NCBI GenBank assembly: GCA_045641165.1
Contig: JAZUGL010000009.1
Coordinates: forward strand, 12,845 to 76,844
From: Mycoplasmoidaceae bacterium
GTDB taxonomy: Bacteria; Bacillota_I; Bacilli_A; Mycoplasmatales; Mycoplasmoidaceae
DNA: 64,000 nucleotides
Direction of reading: 5' to 3'
Of this stretch, positions 10,245 through 24,755 are shown piece by piece. Numbering within the stretch: position 1 is the stretch's first letter; each line of letters opens with the position of its first letter. Below the pieces are notes generated by a model that searched no databases, was not told the origin of the DNA, and saw only the letters and a program-made list of their open reading frames with translations. Both the position numbers and the translations under genes were made by a program.

Positions 10245-12368
10245 TTATTTTTTATTTTTCTCGTGTAAAAGTGCTTTTTTCTTGTCAATTGCTTCGGGTG
10301 GTAATTGATGTTTTGTGTGAATGTAATCAATTTGTTCTTTTACTATTGTTTCTAATAGTAATAATGTCTCAACAATCAAGTCTAATTCTTTACCATTTTT
10401 CTTGATTATTTCCTTAGCTTTTGCATATTCAGATCGAATAATATCTTCAATTTCTTTATCAATTTTTTGATTTGTTACTTCACTAAATGATTTTTGAGCA
10501 TAAGCTGGAACATTACCTTCAGTAGGTATAAATTGTGTCATACCTACATCAGACATACCAAGTTGTGCAACCATTGATCTAACAATGTTTGTTACTTTAT
10601 ATAAGTCGTTGCTTGCACCTGTTGAGATTGCGTCTTTACCATAAGTAACTTCTTCAGCAGCTCTACCACCTAATGTAGTTCTAACAATTGCTAGCAAGTC
10701 AGATTTCTTTTGAATTGCTAATTCTTGTTTTTCGGGTGTAGCCAAAGTATAGCCTGCAGCGTTACCACGTGGAATAATAGTAATCTTTTCAACTACATCT
10801 CCACCTTTAGTATGTAAACCTACTAATGCATGGCCTGCTTCGTGGTATGCAATTTGTTTCTTTTCTTCTTCAGTAATCACTCTTGAGTGTTTAGCTGGAC
10901 CAGCTATAACACGATCAATTGCTTCATCTATTTCAGACATTCCAATTGCTGTCTTACCAAGTCTTACAGCTAAAAGCGTAGCTTCGTTTAAAACGTTTTC
11001 AAGTTGAGCACCACTAAATCCTGGTGTTCTTCTTGCAACATCACCTAAGTTAACTTTAGAAGAAAGGTTTTTGTTTCTTGCATGAATCTTTAAAATAGCT
11101 TCACGTTCTTTAATATCAGGAAGGTTAACTTGAATGTGTCTATCAAATCTTCCTGGTCTTAAAATAGCTTCATCTAATGAATCTAAACGGTTTGTTGCCG
11201 CCATAATAACAACACCAGTTCTTGTGTTGAACCCATCCATTTCAGCTAACAATTGGTTAATTGTTTGGTCAGCAATTCCACCCGCACCAGCAATATCATT
11301 TCTTCCTCTTTTACCAGCAACTGAATCAATTTCATCAATGAAGATAATTGAAGGAGCAGCTTTTTTAGCTCTTGTAAATAAGTCTCTTACTCTTTTTGCA
11401 CCAACACCAACTAACATGTCATCAAAGCTAGAACCGCTAGCTTGGAAGAATGGAACTGATGCTTCACCAGCAACAGCTTTAGCAAGTAATGTTTTACCAG
11501 TTCCTGGAGGTCCATAAAGAATTACACCTCTAGGTGTTCTTGCTCCCATAGCTGCATATTTTTCTGGATTTTTCAAGTAATCAACGATTTCAATTAATTC
11601 GTTCTTTTCTTCTTCAATACCAGCAACATCACTAAATCTGACAGATGATTTTGCAATTCTTGCTTGTGCTTTACCAATACCAAAAATTGATTCTTCGCCT
11701 TGGCCCATAGCGCCCATCTTAGTTAATTTACTAAAGTATCAAACTAAAATTACAATGAAAATAATTGATGGAAGTAATTGCAATAGGATGTATCCTATTG
11801 AGTTGTTCGTTGCAGGGATTAATGCATTAACATCAAGTCTGTCTGCTCAACGATACATATTTCCGCTAGAATCATCAGAAGTAATAAATGTTTTGCCAGT
11901 ACCAAAGCTGATTTTAAATTCACCTTCTTCAGAAGATGTTCTTTCTAAAATTACTCTAAATTGAACAACGCCGAGACCGGCAGCATTAACCCTAATATCA
12001 AAGGTGTGGGTGTCAGTATTTACATAGTAAGCTTGCGCTGGTGAATTGAATTCAACAACATATGGATTTGTTTGTTCATCAGATAATTTAATTTCTCATC
12101 CAGTAGTTGTTTCTCCTGTTTGGTGTTCTTTAACGTCGACTGGATTTATTACTTTGTATTTAGGAATACAACTTCAAAGTATTAGACCAAAAAATAAACC
12201 AAAAATAAGAAGAACAATAACTCATCTTATTGCGGTCTTTTTTCTTTTAGCACTAGTTTCGGGATCAACAGATTGTTTTTTGTAAACAACTTTGTCGTCT
12301 GGTGATACGTTTGATGATTTTTTATCATCATTTGTTGCCAAATTTATGTGTATTTTTTCTTTTGCCAT
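10245..12368 (-). CDS. ftsH: ATP-dependent zinc metalloprotease FtsH
   Basis: Walker A GPPGTGKTLLAKA, the AAA second region of homology, and zinc motif HEAGHAL. The N-terminal TM/extracytoplasmic part is reached through TGA codons. 2124 nt in one frame. Confidence 0.95.
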
Positions 12369-12437
12369 GTCAAATACCTTTTATGTTTTATTTATTATTA
12401 TACTTTTTTTTATATATATTTTTTTAAAGAGCCAAGT

Positions 12438-12458
12438 TAAGGCAAGGAACTTGCCTTA
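12438..12458 (-). terminator. Hairpin downstream of ispF, with a weak U-tract
   Basis: taaggcaag-gaa-cttgcctta, a perfect 9-bp stem between the ispF stop and the ftsH promoter region. Confidence 0.45.
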
Positions 12459-12484
12459 CTTATTAATATTTTTATCATTTTTAA

Positions 12485-12949
12485 CTATTTATTAGTCTTT
12501 TCTAATAGAACAATTGCTTCTACAGCGATAAGTTTTTTGTTTTGTTCAAAGCGCGTTGCTTTAACATTAACCAAGTTAATTTTTAATAGTTTTTTTAAAC
12601 TATTTGTAATTTGTTTTCTTAGCGGATCAATCGTGATTTTGTCACAGATAATTGTTAAATCAACATTTACTAATTTACACTTTTTACTATGAGCTAAAGC
12701 TAAAGCTTTAGAAAGAATTTTTTTAGAATCTAAATTTTTATTTCTAATGCATGTGTCACTAAAGTACATACCGATGTCACCAGATTGACAAGCGCCCAAG
12801 ATTGCATCAGATAATGCGTGCAAAACAACATCACCATCAGACACAGCAATAATTCCATAATTAGAATTAAATTTACAACCACCTAAAACAATCCTTGTTT
12901 TAGTTTTTTTTATTTTGTGAATGTCTCTGCCAAATCCAATTAAGTTCAT
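12485..12949 (-). CDS. ispF: 2-C-methyl-D-erythritol 2,4-cyclodiphosphate synthase (IspF family)
   Basis: GFGRDIHK...VSDGDVVLHALSDAILGA...GDIGMYF matches the IspF metal/substrate-binding signature. 154 aa is the typical size. Confidence 0.8.
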   Translation of the reverse strand: MNLIGFGRDIHKIKKTKTRIVLGGCKFNSNYGIIAVSDGDVVLHALSDAILGACQSGDIGMYFSDTCIRNKNLDSKKILSKALALAHSKKCKLVNVDLTIICDKITIDPLRKQITNSLKKLLKINLVNVKATRFEQNKKLIAVEAIVLLEKTNK

Positions 12950-12951
12950 AT

Positions 12952-13485
12952 TTAAAATTTTAATAAAGAGTGAACTTTGATTCCTGCTTGTTCAATTTTT
13001 TTAGGACCTTGTGGTAGTTCTTCAAGACAACCTAACACTAATAAGTGTTTCGCTTTGGCTTTTAACTTTGTTAAAAGTTCATTTGCAGCTAAAATAGTTC
13101 CACCAGTTGCAACTATGTCATCAACAATTAAAATATTTGATTTAGGACGAATATCGTCTCTGTGAATTTGAATATAGTCTTTCCCGTATTCAAGTTCAAA
13201 AGCTGCTTCAACGGTTGCTCTAGGTAATTTTCCTTTTTTCCTTATAGGAATAAAAGGAAGATTTAATTTTTGAGCAATTGCTATACCAAATAAAAAACCT
13301 CTTGCTTCTAAAGCTACAACAGCATCGAACTTAATCCCTTTAACTAGTTTTAGCATTTCATCAATAGTAGTTTTGAATATTTTAGCATTAGCTAATATCG
13401 GTGTAATGTCTTTAAAACTAATTCCTGGTTTAGGAAAATCAGGAATAACTTTTATTGTGTTTTTAATTAATTCTTTATTTTTCAT
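12952..13485 (-). CDS. apt: Adenine phosphoribosyltransferase
   Basis: PRPP-binding loop ILIVDDIVATGGT and N-terminal FPKPGISFKDITP. Confidence 0.9.
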   Translation of the reverse strand: MKNKELIKNTIKVIPDFPKPGISFKDITPILANAKIFKTTIDEMLKLVKGIKFDAVVALEARGFLFGIAIAQKLNLPFIPIRKKGKLPRATVEAAFELEYGKDYIQIHRDDIRPKSNILIVDDIVATGGTILAANELLTKLKAKAKHLLVLGCLEELPQGPKKIEQAGIKVHSLLKF

Positions 13486-16400
13486 TTACAACTTCTTGTT
13501 TTGTTTCAATTTTAGGAATAGCTTTGTGTTTAGTAAACTTGTTAATTCCTTCAATTGATTGTTCATCAATATCATCAAGGTTGATAACAACTTTACCTTT
13601 ATTTCTTTCAGCCCTATAGCCAAGAAGATTATTTCTTATGCATAAGAAATAGTATTGCAAATATGAAATAGTAAATGGTAAAACAAACAATGTTACAAGA
13701 CCACCAATAAAAAGTAAGATAACAATGTATTCACAACCATAAGGTGCAAAGATACCAAAGCAAATTATGAATAGAGCATAGCCTATTGCATATACCCAAA
13801 TATATTGTCAACAATTTTTAAGTGCTGTTGAAGTTATAAATCTAAACTCTTCTCTAGTAAATGCTTCATTTCTACTTCAAGAATCTTGAATAGATGACAT
13901 TATGTTTAATGTCATTGCACAGTTAACAATTGATGTAAGAATTAATCCTAAAACAATAATTTGGTCAAACTTAATAAGTGTAAAGCTAGCTAAAGCTAAC
14001 ATCATTACTGGCATAATAACTGAACCAACTAATAAAGGTACAAAGCTTACAAAGTTTGTTCTGATTCCACCATAAATAGATGTTAAAGCAGAAGCAACAA
14101 CAATAGATATTAAGGCATATTGTAGTGCATCTAAATTGCTTGAACCAGCAAATTCAGCAATACTAATGTCAACTCCAATTTGTTCTGGTTCGAAGTGACC
14201 TAACAATATGTTAATTGCCGCTTGCTGGCTAGCGACTGATTCAATTGAAAATCTTCAATAACCACCAAAATGTGTATATGACAATCATTGTAGGTTTGCC
14301 GCAGTGAATCAGTCTTGTGTTAATAAGTCATCACCCCATTTAATAACAATAGTTGCTGGTGTGTGGAACAATCTTTGTGTTACAAACCCAAAGATACTAA
14401 ACAAGACGATGCCGCCAATTAAAATTGCTAATAAAACAAGCAACATAATAAATGTTTGTTTGCTAAACAATTTAATGTTTTTCTTAGACATTGAACTGTA
14501 GTAACTAAACTCTAGTTTACTTGTGTCTAAACTTGAAGGAACGAGGTTGTTTCCTTGATACAATGCTTGGTTGGCTTCGTTTGAATTTTGACCCAAGAGT
14601 TTGAATGAATTCCGGTTAATTTTATTATTAAAGAATAATAGATGAAGTCCTCCATTTAGCATATACATGATCAAGAAGATCATGAATGCGCCAGCAATCA
14701 AAACTAAACCTAATATATTTAGGTTTGTTGGTGCAATATATGTGAAACAAATACCAAATAATAAAGAAACAATACTTAAATCAAGTGTTGGAAATAAACT
14801 CTTTTTGAAGGTCTTATTAACAATAAGGTTTGTGTCTTCATTAGACTTTAATCTCCGTTTCATCCGTTCACAAATGCCTAAGGCGGTCATAAATCCTAAT
14901 AGGGATAATGTAAACATACCAAACAAGAATGTCATTGATATAGTAAATGTTGCAAGACTAGCTATCAACATAGACATTGAAAGCATGAACATTAAACATA
15001 TTCAGCTTATAACACCTGTAGTTCTATATAAGGCTGCTAAAATGACTGCTAAACCAATTAAATAAATTAAGAAACCAAGAGAAAGTCAACCAACTAGTGC
15101 ATTGCCACCAAATAATGAATCAATAAATCTTGGTTGCATTTCTTGTGAAACAAAAGTTTGTTTAAATGTAGCTAGGTTGATACTAGCGCCAGGTTTTCCT
15201 TCTCCTTCTTTAGTTAATTCAATTTGTTTAACTTTCACTGGAAGACTATATGAAATAAAGTCTTGTAGTTTTGCTGTAGCTGATGTTTTGCTATCATATG
15301 GGTGTCAGAAAAATTTAAGATTTGTTGCATCTTCGTCATCTCATGTTGATGCAACTTCTTGTTTATATACATCTGTTAACTTAGCAGGGAAATACGTTTT
15401 TCAATTTTCACTATCATATGTAATGATGTCGTCAACATACTTATTAAAAATAGAATATTTAACTGTACCAGGAGTTGGATCAATTCATCTCAACACGTCC
15501 ATATTTTTAGCAGGCAGACCATGACCTTGGGAATGGTCATGGTAATCTTCTAATACATTAGCTTCAATTAAAGCAGAACATTGGCTTCTTTTTGATTCAC
15601 TTTTGTCATCTGGTTGAGTAATGTATTCATTAGCAAAAAGTCTTTGGTCTGAGTTTTCATAAATAGCACGATAGTCGTGATCATTACCATCATCATTGGC
15701 TCTATAGTTCATTAAATGATAGTTTGCTTCATTAACCATTTCTTCGAAATTGTTAATAACATAAAGACGTGGTTTTTGTCAATCTGAAATTGTAGGTGGA
15801 TCATCATTTGATGATGACTTTTTTTGACTGTCTTCATAAGCATGAAGCATGTCATTATAAATGGTGTTTAAAAGGTTTTGATTAAATTCATCTTTGTAAT
15901 CAATGGTGTACATTACACCCCATTTACCATCAAGATTGGATAAAACTTTAGTTTTTGTATCATCTAAACCTTTAGGCAAGTGAAAGCAATCATTAAAATT
16001 AATGATTGTGTATTCTGGATCAAGAGTTTGTTGTTCACTAGTTATATATCAACGATAAACAAGTGTTTTGTTGTTTGTATTAAAGCCGTCTTTTCCAAAG
16101 AATGATAAGTATTCGTCGTTATCATATTCTTTATCTTCTTCTCAACTAAGATGTGATTTGACTTTGTCAATATTGAATTGGGCGTTTAAATATCCTTTAA
16201 GCCCACCTTCACTATCACCATATGTTTCGTAAGAAACATCATACATGTCCTGGCCATTGTCTCTTAGTCAATTAGAAAGACGTCTTGCGGCTTCTTTCAT
16301 ATTTTGTTCAGCAACTTCTTTAGTTTTTTCTTCATCAAAAGCAACTGGGTCAACTTCGACCTTGCCCATTACAGATTTAGAAAATTCAGCACTAGGCTGA

Positions 16401-16537
16401 TAGTTTCTAGCCATATGTCATATGCTAGTAACAGAACCAGCTATAGCACCTGCACCAATTAATGCAGACAATGCTATAGGTAGAATAGAAAATCTACTTT
16501 TTTTCTTACTTCAGGGTTCTTTTGCGAACTTAGACAT
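13475..16537 (-). CDS. secDF: SecDF-like (RND-type) protein-export membrane protein with a large extracytoplasmic N-terminal domain
   Basis: 3063 nt in one frame, joined through many TGA codons. There are two 6-TM-like blocks. The first resembles the SecD C-terminus (LYRTTG...ERMKRRL) and the second resembles SecF. secDF-apt adjacency is conserved in Firmicutes. Confidence 0.6.
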
Positions 16538-16627
16538 AGTGGATAAATTATATAAATAATTTATAAAAATATAGACAAATATTTATATTATTTTTATTTA
16601 TAATAATTTAACATATCGGGTGCTAGT

Positions 16628-17911
16628 ATGAACATAACAAAACCTAGAGGAACACAAGATTACATATTTGAATTAGAACCTAGTTTTGACATAGTATGTC
16701 AAGTTTGCGACATGGTCGCAAAATTAAATGGGTTCTATCAAATTAAAACTCCTATGTTTGAAAACAAGGAGCTATTTGTAAGAGCTGTCGGTGACACTTC
16801 TGATATAGTTAACAAAGAATTCTATGAATTCAAAGATAAATCTGATCGTGATTTAGTTTTAAGACCCGAGCTAACTGCAAGTGTTTGTAGAGCTGTTGTT
16901 GAAAACAAACTGCTAAATAAAATGTCTTTACCAATAAAGTTTTTCTATATCGAACCTATGTTCAGATATGAAAGACCACAAAGTGGTAGATTAAGAATGT
17001 TTTACCAGTTTGGTGTTGAATTAATTGGCACTAATTCATACTATGATGATGTCGAGCTAATTTTATTAGCTACATCTATCTTGGCCGCTTTTAAATATCA
17101 AGATTATGTTTTAAAAATCAATAATATTTGTTCTGCAAAAACTAGAGCAAAATGAATTGAAGCTTTGAAAAAATATTTCAAGCCATATGCTAAAGACTTA
17201 ACAGAAGATAGTCAAAAAAGATTAAGTAAAAATCCTTTGAGGATTTTAGATGACAAAGTTGATGGTAAGAAAGACTTTGTCAAGAAAGCACCTAAAGTAG
17301 AAGATTTTGCAACCAAAGAAGAAATCGAATATTTTAAAAATATTACTGAAGCTTTAGACAAACTAAACATTAAATATGTTATTGATAAAACTCTAGTTAG
17401 GGGATTGGATTACTATTGTAATTTCATCTTTGAAATAGAATCTACTTCTAAAAAATTAATTGGACAACCAACTTTAGTTGGTGGTGGCAGATACAACACC
17501 TTAACTAAAGACTTGGGTGGTGCTGATACAAACTGTTGTGGTTTTGCATTAGGTATTGAAAGATTGATTATTGCTTTATCAGATAACGAAGTTATGAAGC
17601 AACAAATTAAAAACTATAAGAGTATAGATGTTGTAGTTGCTAACTTATCTGAAAAGACAACTATGTTGTCAACAATTCTTTGTAACATGCTAAGAATGTC
17701 TGGTTTTAGTTGCTTATTAAATAGAAACACAACAAAGTTGGACAAACATTTCAAATATGCTCAAAATCAAAATGCTAGATTTGTAATGATTCTTGGGCCA
17801 AAAGAATGAGAAAAGAATATAGTTCTTATAAAAGATCAAAAAACTATGAAACAAGAGGAAGTTAAGGTTGATAAGATAGTTGACTATCTTGCAGCGAGGA
17901 CAAATAAATAA
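16628..17911 (+). CDS. hisS: Histidine--tRNA ligase
   Basis: PRGTQD, LRPELTASVCR, FRYERPQSGRLR and GGGRY motifs. Two TGA read-throughs. Confidence 0.9.
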
Positions 17912-17913
17912 TT

Positions 17914-19644
17914 ATGGCGAAGAGATATTATTGTGGACAACCAAACGAAAAATTAGTTAAACAAACTATTTGTATAAAAGGTTGAGTTAAAAAAATTAGA
18001 AAAATGGGTTCTATCACATTTTTAGATGTGGCAGACAGATATGGTGTTGTTCAAGTCATAGCTAATGAAGATATTAATCTTCAAAATTTAACTAGAGAGT
18101 CTGTTGTTTCAATTGAAGGTGTTGTTGTTTTAAGAAAAACACCAAATACTAAACTTAAAACTGGAAAAGTTGAAATCCAATGTAAGAAATTGGAAGTTTT
18201 GTCTTATGCTAAGACAACACCTTTGATTGTTGAAGATGAAACAGATGCATTAGAGGATGTTAGATTAAAATACCGTTATCTTGATTTACGTAGAGATTGT
18301 GTGAGAAATAAAATTATTTTTAGATCTAAATTTATTGCTGCACTACGTGAAATATTAATTAAGAACGATTTTATCGACGTAGAAACACCAAGTTTGGCTA
18401 AGCCAACTCCAGAAGGAGCAAGAGATTATATTGTTCCTACCAGAACCGCACCAAACCATTTCTTTGCTTTGCCACAAAGTCCGCAAATCTTCAAACAATT
18501 ATTAATGGTTGCTGGTTTTAACAAATACTTCCAAATAGCTAAATGCTATAGAGACGAAGATTTAAGAGCAGATAGACAACCAGAATTTACTCAATTAGAC
18601 ATTGAAATGTCTTTTGTTAAAGAAAAAGATGTAATGAAAATGCTTGAAAATCTTTTCAAGAAAGCTATTAAAAAAACTTTAGGCAAAGACATCAAAACAC
18701 CTTTTAGAGTAATGAAATATGATGACTGTATGAATAAGTATGGTGTTGACAAGCCAGACTTAAGATATGACTTAATCATAAATGATTTATCTGCATATTT
18801 CAAGGGAACAAACTTTAAAATTTTTGCTAACATTTTAAAACAAAAAGGTGTTGTTAAAGGTTTTGCCATCAACAAAATTTTAACAAGTAAAAATGAGTTT
18901 AATACTCTATTAAAATATGCTACTGACAAAGGTTTACAAATAGCTTATTTGACATTTGAAAACGGCAATGTAATTGATGGATCAATTAAAAATGTAATTG
19001 AACTTGAAAAAGCAAATAATGCATTTAGAAGTTTTGGTTTTAAAAATGGAACTCTTATCTTGTGTGCTGGCAAGCCAACACAAGTAAACGAAACATTGGG
19101 TGCAGCTAGAATAGCTGCTAACAACATTTACAAATTAGCAAAACCAAATGAATTAATTTTTACTTGAGTAACTGATTGACCATTATTTGAATATGATTCT
19201 GAAACAGGAAAATACCAAGCAGCTCATCACCCATTTACTTCTCCTGCAGAAAAAAGTCTAAAAGACTTTGATACTAAAAAAGATAAAGCAAGAGCAAGAG
19301 CTTATGACATTGTTCTAAATGGTTATGAAGTTGGTGGTGGTTCTATTAGAATTACAAATCCTCAAACTCAAAAACGTATGTTCAAAGCAATTGGTTTGGA
19401 TGAAAAACAAGTACAAAATAAATTTGGTTACTTACTAAATGCGTTTGAATATGGTGTTCCACCACATGGTGGAATTGCAATAGGATTAGATCGTTTAATC
19501 ATGATTCTAACTAAAGCAGAAACAATTAGAGATGTAATTGCTTTCCCAAAAAATTCGCATGGTATTGATTTAATGTTAGATGCGCCAAGCGCAGCTAGCC
19601 CTGAAGGACTAAAAGAGTTGTTCTTAACAGTAAAAGAAAAGTAG
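17914..19644 (+). CDS. aspS: Aspartate--tRNA ligase
   Basis: FLDVADRYGVVQV (OB domain), FRDEDLRADRQPEFTQLD, GGGSIR and PPHGGIAIGLDR motifs. All fragments are in the frame of the ATG at 17914. Confidence 0.9.
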
Positions 19645-19661
19645 AAAAATCTACTTTTTTT
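19641..19661 (+). terminator. Rho-independent terminator after aspS
   Basis: gtaga-aaaa-tctac followed by T7. It overlaps the aspS stop codon. Confidence 0.65.
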
Positions 19662-19702
19662 ATTTTGCAAAGCAAAATAAAAGTATTAAAATATTAATAA
19701 GT

Positions 19703-22700
19703 ATGAAGAACTTATTTAAGAATATAGTCCGTTCATTCAAAAATAATAAAATCTCCTTAATTGGTTTAAGTTTTTTAGTCTTCTTTGGTGTTGGTTCTTT
19801 TTGTGTTTTGCAAAACACAACATCAAACATTACTAACGAATATAACACTGTGGCTAGTGAGGGTGCAATACATGATCTTACAATTTCTGAATTGTATGAT
19901 GTTGGTAATCCTGGATTTAAAGTAAACAATGCTGGTGTTTTGTTTAAATACCCACAAAGTGATCCTACTAGTTTTGAAAAATACGACGATTTTTCTACTG
20001 CTGGTACAACAATCCAAAATTTAACAACTGTTAATTATCAAGATATTGGTGCAGGCCAGTTCGGCGATTATTATTTCCCAATACCAAATCAAATAGAAAC
20101 TGAAAACAATACTTTCATAAGAACGTACCATGCAACACTTGATGTCGCAACATCCACTGGTTTATATCAATCTTTTGCTGAGTCTGGCGACCCAACGATT
20201 ACATCGTTTGATATCGTAATTAGTGAAACATACGAAGAAGGGCAAATCCCACCAGAAGTTCAGACTTTGCAGGATATGTTGCCTTCTTTTGCAAGTTGAT
20301 CAGATGATGACATTAAATCTGTAATCAACACAAACGTCTTTGCTCGCGATTACAAAGCATTTACAGATTTGGTAAATAACCAAACAAGCGTTATTTATAA
20401 CGCTATGACTAGTAGCAACACACCAATGGCTAATTATCTAAACGATGAAGAAGACCAAATGAAAGATAGAGTTGAGTTTAGACGTTTTCAATCTCTAAAT
20501 ATCACTGCAACTAAAGATAAAATATTTTATAAAGTTATAAAATCTGATCCAACCGATTCTATTGACAAAATGGTTCTATTTAAAGACGTAAATGATAGAA
20601 CGGGGAATGCTTTGTTCAATCAAGATGATTGAGCCCCTTATAATTCAAAAATTGAATTTTTCAATAGTTCTGGTGAATTATATACACCAGGACAAACTGT
20701 CGGTTCATTGGTTGTTCCTGCATCATTCAATGATGTAGCAACACAAAAATTATCTAAGTTTGAAACGTTTACAAGTGATGATGAAAAGTTTTTGTATTCT
20801 CAAATATTACAAATCCGCTTTAAGCGAATGTTAGCTGCTAACACAACCCACCCAGATTATGTTAGTTTGTTTAAGGCTTTAGCTCAAATAGATTTATCAC
20901 GAAGTGATTATTATACTTACATTACCACTCAAGGACTTGCAACATTTAATTTATATTTACATGACTACTATGACGGTTGCCATGAAACAGTTGCTTTGTC
21001 AAGCAACGGTAATGTTGTTTTCACTTGAACTGAAGTTGCTGGGACTATTCAAACTTGTACTATAAGTAACTGAACAAATCGTTTTTCTATTGTTAACCCG
21101 CAATATTTAAAAAACTCAGGAAAAAGTGTTTTAGCTTCAAACCGCTTTTCTCAATTTGAACCATTTAGTCAATGATATTTGCAACAATATGAAAAAGAAT
21201 TTAGTGGTAACATCTTACAAGAAGAAGCCATTTCATGGCTTAATACCTTAAATTATGAACAGTTTGCGTTTTGAATTGATCCGGCAGCTATAGGCCATGA
21301 TGTAACTTATACAGTTGGATTAGACCACGAAATTACAGTTAGTCCAGATGAATGAGATGGAATAAGACAAGAAAATATTGTTAGTTGTGGTAGCTTTAAT
21401 CAAATAGTTTGGGGGTGTGGTTTAACGCCTGACTTTATGTATCCAGTTGTAGATATATCAAGGCCTACACCAAACACAAGCACAGAGTGCTTAACATATT
21501 GCAATACATCAGGTTACCAAACTATTAAATTAGCATATATCAATGCTCCTGTGGAAGAATATTTGGTTGGTAAATTTAAAGGTGGTTTTAGTCATAAAGA
21601 AACACTTGATTTAATTAATGCTAAAGCTAGAGAAATAATGATTTTCCCAGAAACAACTAGAGCTGCATATTTGGCAACAGATGTATCTAATGTCTTAAAT
21701 GCTTCAGCATTTAGAATTGCATATATTCCTAGTCTAGTAAATGTTATTCATGTTGTAACTGTTATCATGTCTATCTTCATTGGTATTCTTTGTATTTTAA
21801 TCTGTGGAATCATTATTAAGAGATATGTAGAAAATAACAGAATCAGTATTGGTATTATGCGTGCTAATGGAATTAGCAAATTTAAAATTGTTCTTTCTTT
21901 AATACCATTTGCATTGTTACCTGCTTTAGTTGGAGGAATTGGTGCATATTTAATTGGTTTCTTCTTACAAGCACCAGCATTATTACTATTTAGTAATTAT
22001 TGGATGTTACCAACACCATTACTATCATTTAGTGTGTGGCCTTTAGTTGCTTGTGTAATTGTTCCATTTGTTCTATTTGTTGCAATCAGTGCTTTTTCTA
22101 CTTTAACTGTGTTAAGACAAAAAGCAGTTGATTTAATGAAGGCTGGTTCTGAATTTAAAACCAACGCTTTCTCTCGTATTGTTAAAAAACCATTTAAACA
22201 TTTTGGTATTTTAACTAGATTTAGAGTTTCACTAGCATTCAACTCATTGTTAAGATTAACAATGCTAGCATTAATGTCAACGCTAACTATGTCGTCATTA
22301 GTGTTTGCGATGACAACATTTGATAGACTATCTCAAAGCCAAGTAATTAACTCTAGTCAATTTGATTACAACTTCAATATTGAATTAACTACACCTACAT
22401 CAACTGGTGGACCTTATTCATATTTTGATGTATCAAAAACAAGTTCACAACCAACCGATGAAGTAAAGGGGCTTGGTGAAACCAATACATCTCAATATAT
22501 CTATAACACACAGTGAGATTTATCTACATCTGGTTATGAATGAACTGATCCTAACTATAAAGTTCAATTAACTAAACCTTATCAACGCACAGAATATCAA
22601 ATGATGCAAGATCTATGAAACCTTTCAGGAACGGGATATTATTCTCCAACAGGGTATTATGATATTTCTGCTAAAAAGGGGCAATTGCAGTTTCCAAACG

Positions 22701-24751
22701 CAGCTGATGCAGATGGACAAGTAAGTGATTTAACATACTTACAAAATAGAATTAACAGTAGATTGTTGTTGGATTACAACATTGGTATTGGAACTTTAAG
22801 TTCCAACCCATGAGAAATTGCCTTAGCTCTAATGCCTGCAAACTCAAGAAATCTTGCTGCCGATTCTTATAACTATATCATTAATGAAGTTGGAAGGCTT
22901 GTTTATGAAGCAAACCACATCTTCTTTGACACGCTCAAAAAAGAAGAGGTACCGCAAACTGCCTATAACGAAGAAGAGGGTTGAGTTAATAAGGCGCACC
23001 CTGCTGCGGTTGCTAAAGCAAGAGTCGCCGCTGGAAAGTGGGCAAATTTTAAAACAATCGAATCTGATACTAGAATTTACAACGTTTTCTTGCCTTTCTT
23101 TACTAAACAGGTTAAGGGTGAAGAAACAACTTTCATTTTAAACACTGATATATCTGTAGTTGGTTATTTATGAAGTCAATTTAGGCCAGCATATATTGAA
23201 TTGTTAGAAGCAATTTATTCTGATGCACCATTGATTCGTAGTGAATATCCTATTTCTTATGGCATGGTACCTATTAATTTTGATTTAGAAGATGGTGGGG
23301 TTGCTGATGAATTCTATACATATATAGATGCCACTATAGAAAGCGTTTCTTCAGGAAAAAGAATAGATCCTTTACATCAAATCAAAATTGAAGGTATTAA
23401 ATCTGATTCTAACTTTATTAAGTTAACTGATAATAGAAACCATAACTTAAATTATGTCTTATACCAAGAAGAACCTAGATTGGCAAGAGATGGACAACAC
23501 GCCATTGTTATTAATGCTTATGCCGCTCATAAATATGGAATAGGTGTTGGTTCTACATTTAGTATTGAAGCAAAAAATACAGTTGATAGATTTGAAAGAA
23601 AAATTCACCCAAATCGTTTTGTTGGTGATATTTCTAATAAAACAACCTTTAAGGTTGTTGGTGTTTCAAGGGGAACAAATGATGAAGCATTCTATATTAC
23701 ACAAGGTGCTGCTAATGATATTTTGGGTCTGCCAAATTCAAATAAAAGAACTTGAAATAAAACTCACAAGTTTATGCTTTGAACACCAGGAAGCACGCTT
23801 GAACCTTGGTCTAAGACCAACACAATACAGTTGGCTGATTTATCAGGAATTGGTTGCGAACCAAATATGTTTGCTGTTTATAGTTTTGATTCAAACACAG
23901 GGGCTCCGATAGCAACTCAACTACCTAAATTTAATTTCAATATACCTAATGGTTTTAATGGAATATACACTAAAAACGATTCGGGAAAACCAATTACGTC
24001 TATGATGTCTCTTTATTCATACACAGGTTTATACCCAGGAAGTTCTGTTTATAGAACATCGGGTCAAGGCCAAAACAAAATGGTTACTTTATTAAAGTGT
24101 GCTAATAACTTAGCTATAGCTAACTTAATGACTGGAATAGATGATGTTAATGAAGGAAAATATTATGAAGCATGTAATGCTTGAGTCAAAAATTTAGATC
24201 CATCACCAGATGATGAAAAAGCATATGAAGGCAAAATTAGTTCTTTCATTAATGAATTAGTTACATACTATGGAGAAACAACTATGATTACAGCTATTTG
24301 CGGAGCAATGGATGTCGCAGCTAGTGATCAAGTTTATCAAAACTTAATATCTACATTTAACTTAGCTGAAGCAGCAGCTATTTCCATTATTATTCCTATA
24401 ACTATCATTATTGTTGCTGTTATCTCTAACTTAATTATTAATGATAGTAAAAAAATGGCTGCAATGCTAAAAGCATTAGGATATGCTGATAGAAAGAACG
24501 CAATGAGTATTCTAGCATTATTTGTACCAACCATCTTCTTTGGTTTATTATTGGCTATACCAGTAAGCTTTGGTTTAGTTGCTGCCTACCAATCTTTAAT
24601 CTTTACTTCAGCTAACATTTTAGTAGATGTATCACAAAAATGGTGATACTACGTGGTTGCTGTCTTGGGTATAGGATCAATTCTTGTTGGTACATATGCA
24701 ATTGGTTATGTATCATTAAAGAGAGATAGATTAGTTAACCAAATCAAATAA
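19703..24751 (+). CDS. Very large ABC transporter permease (1682 aa) with two FtsX/MacB-type TM modules separated by large extracytoplasmic domains
   Basis: Fragments starting at 19703, 20369, 20708, 21437, 23201, 23831 and 24284 are all in one frame, interrupted only by TGA. The N-terminal TM is followed by TM clusters at about 21720..22300 and 24290..24740 with FtsX-like loops (IGIMRANGISKFKI, MLKALGYADRK). Confidence 0.75.
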
Positions 24752-24755
24752 AATT

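Noticed and set aside
16538-16546. An 8/9 DnaA-box-like sequence (agtggataa, the complement of TTATCCACT) in the secDF/hisS divergent promoter region.
   Set aside because: - It is a single isolated near-match about 30 kb from dnaA, with no clustered partner boxes.
- This is expected by chance in AT-rich intergenic DNA.
22854-23912. ORFs 22854..23141 and 23544..23912 (+), which look like separate small genes within the ABC permease region.
   Set aside because: - Both are in the +1 frame relative to the continuous 19703..24751 permease frame. That frame reads through here with only TGA codons and gives sensible sequence.
- The alternative-frame products are basic and low-complexity.
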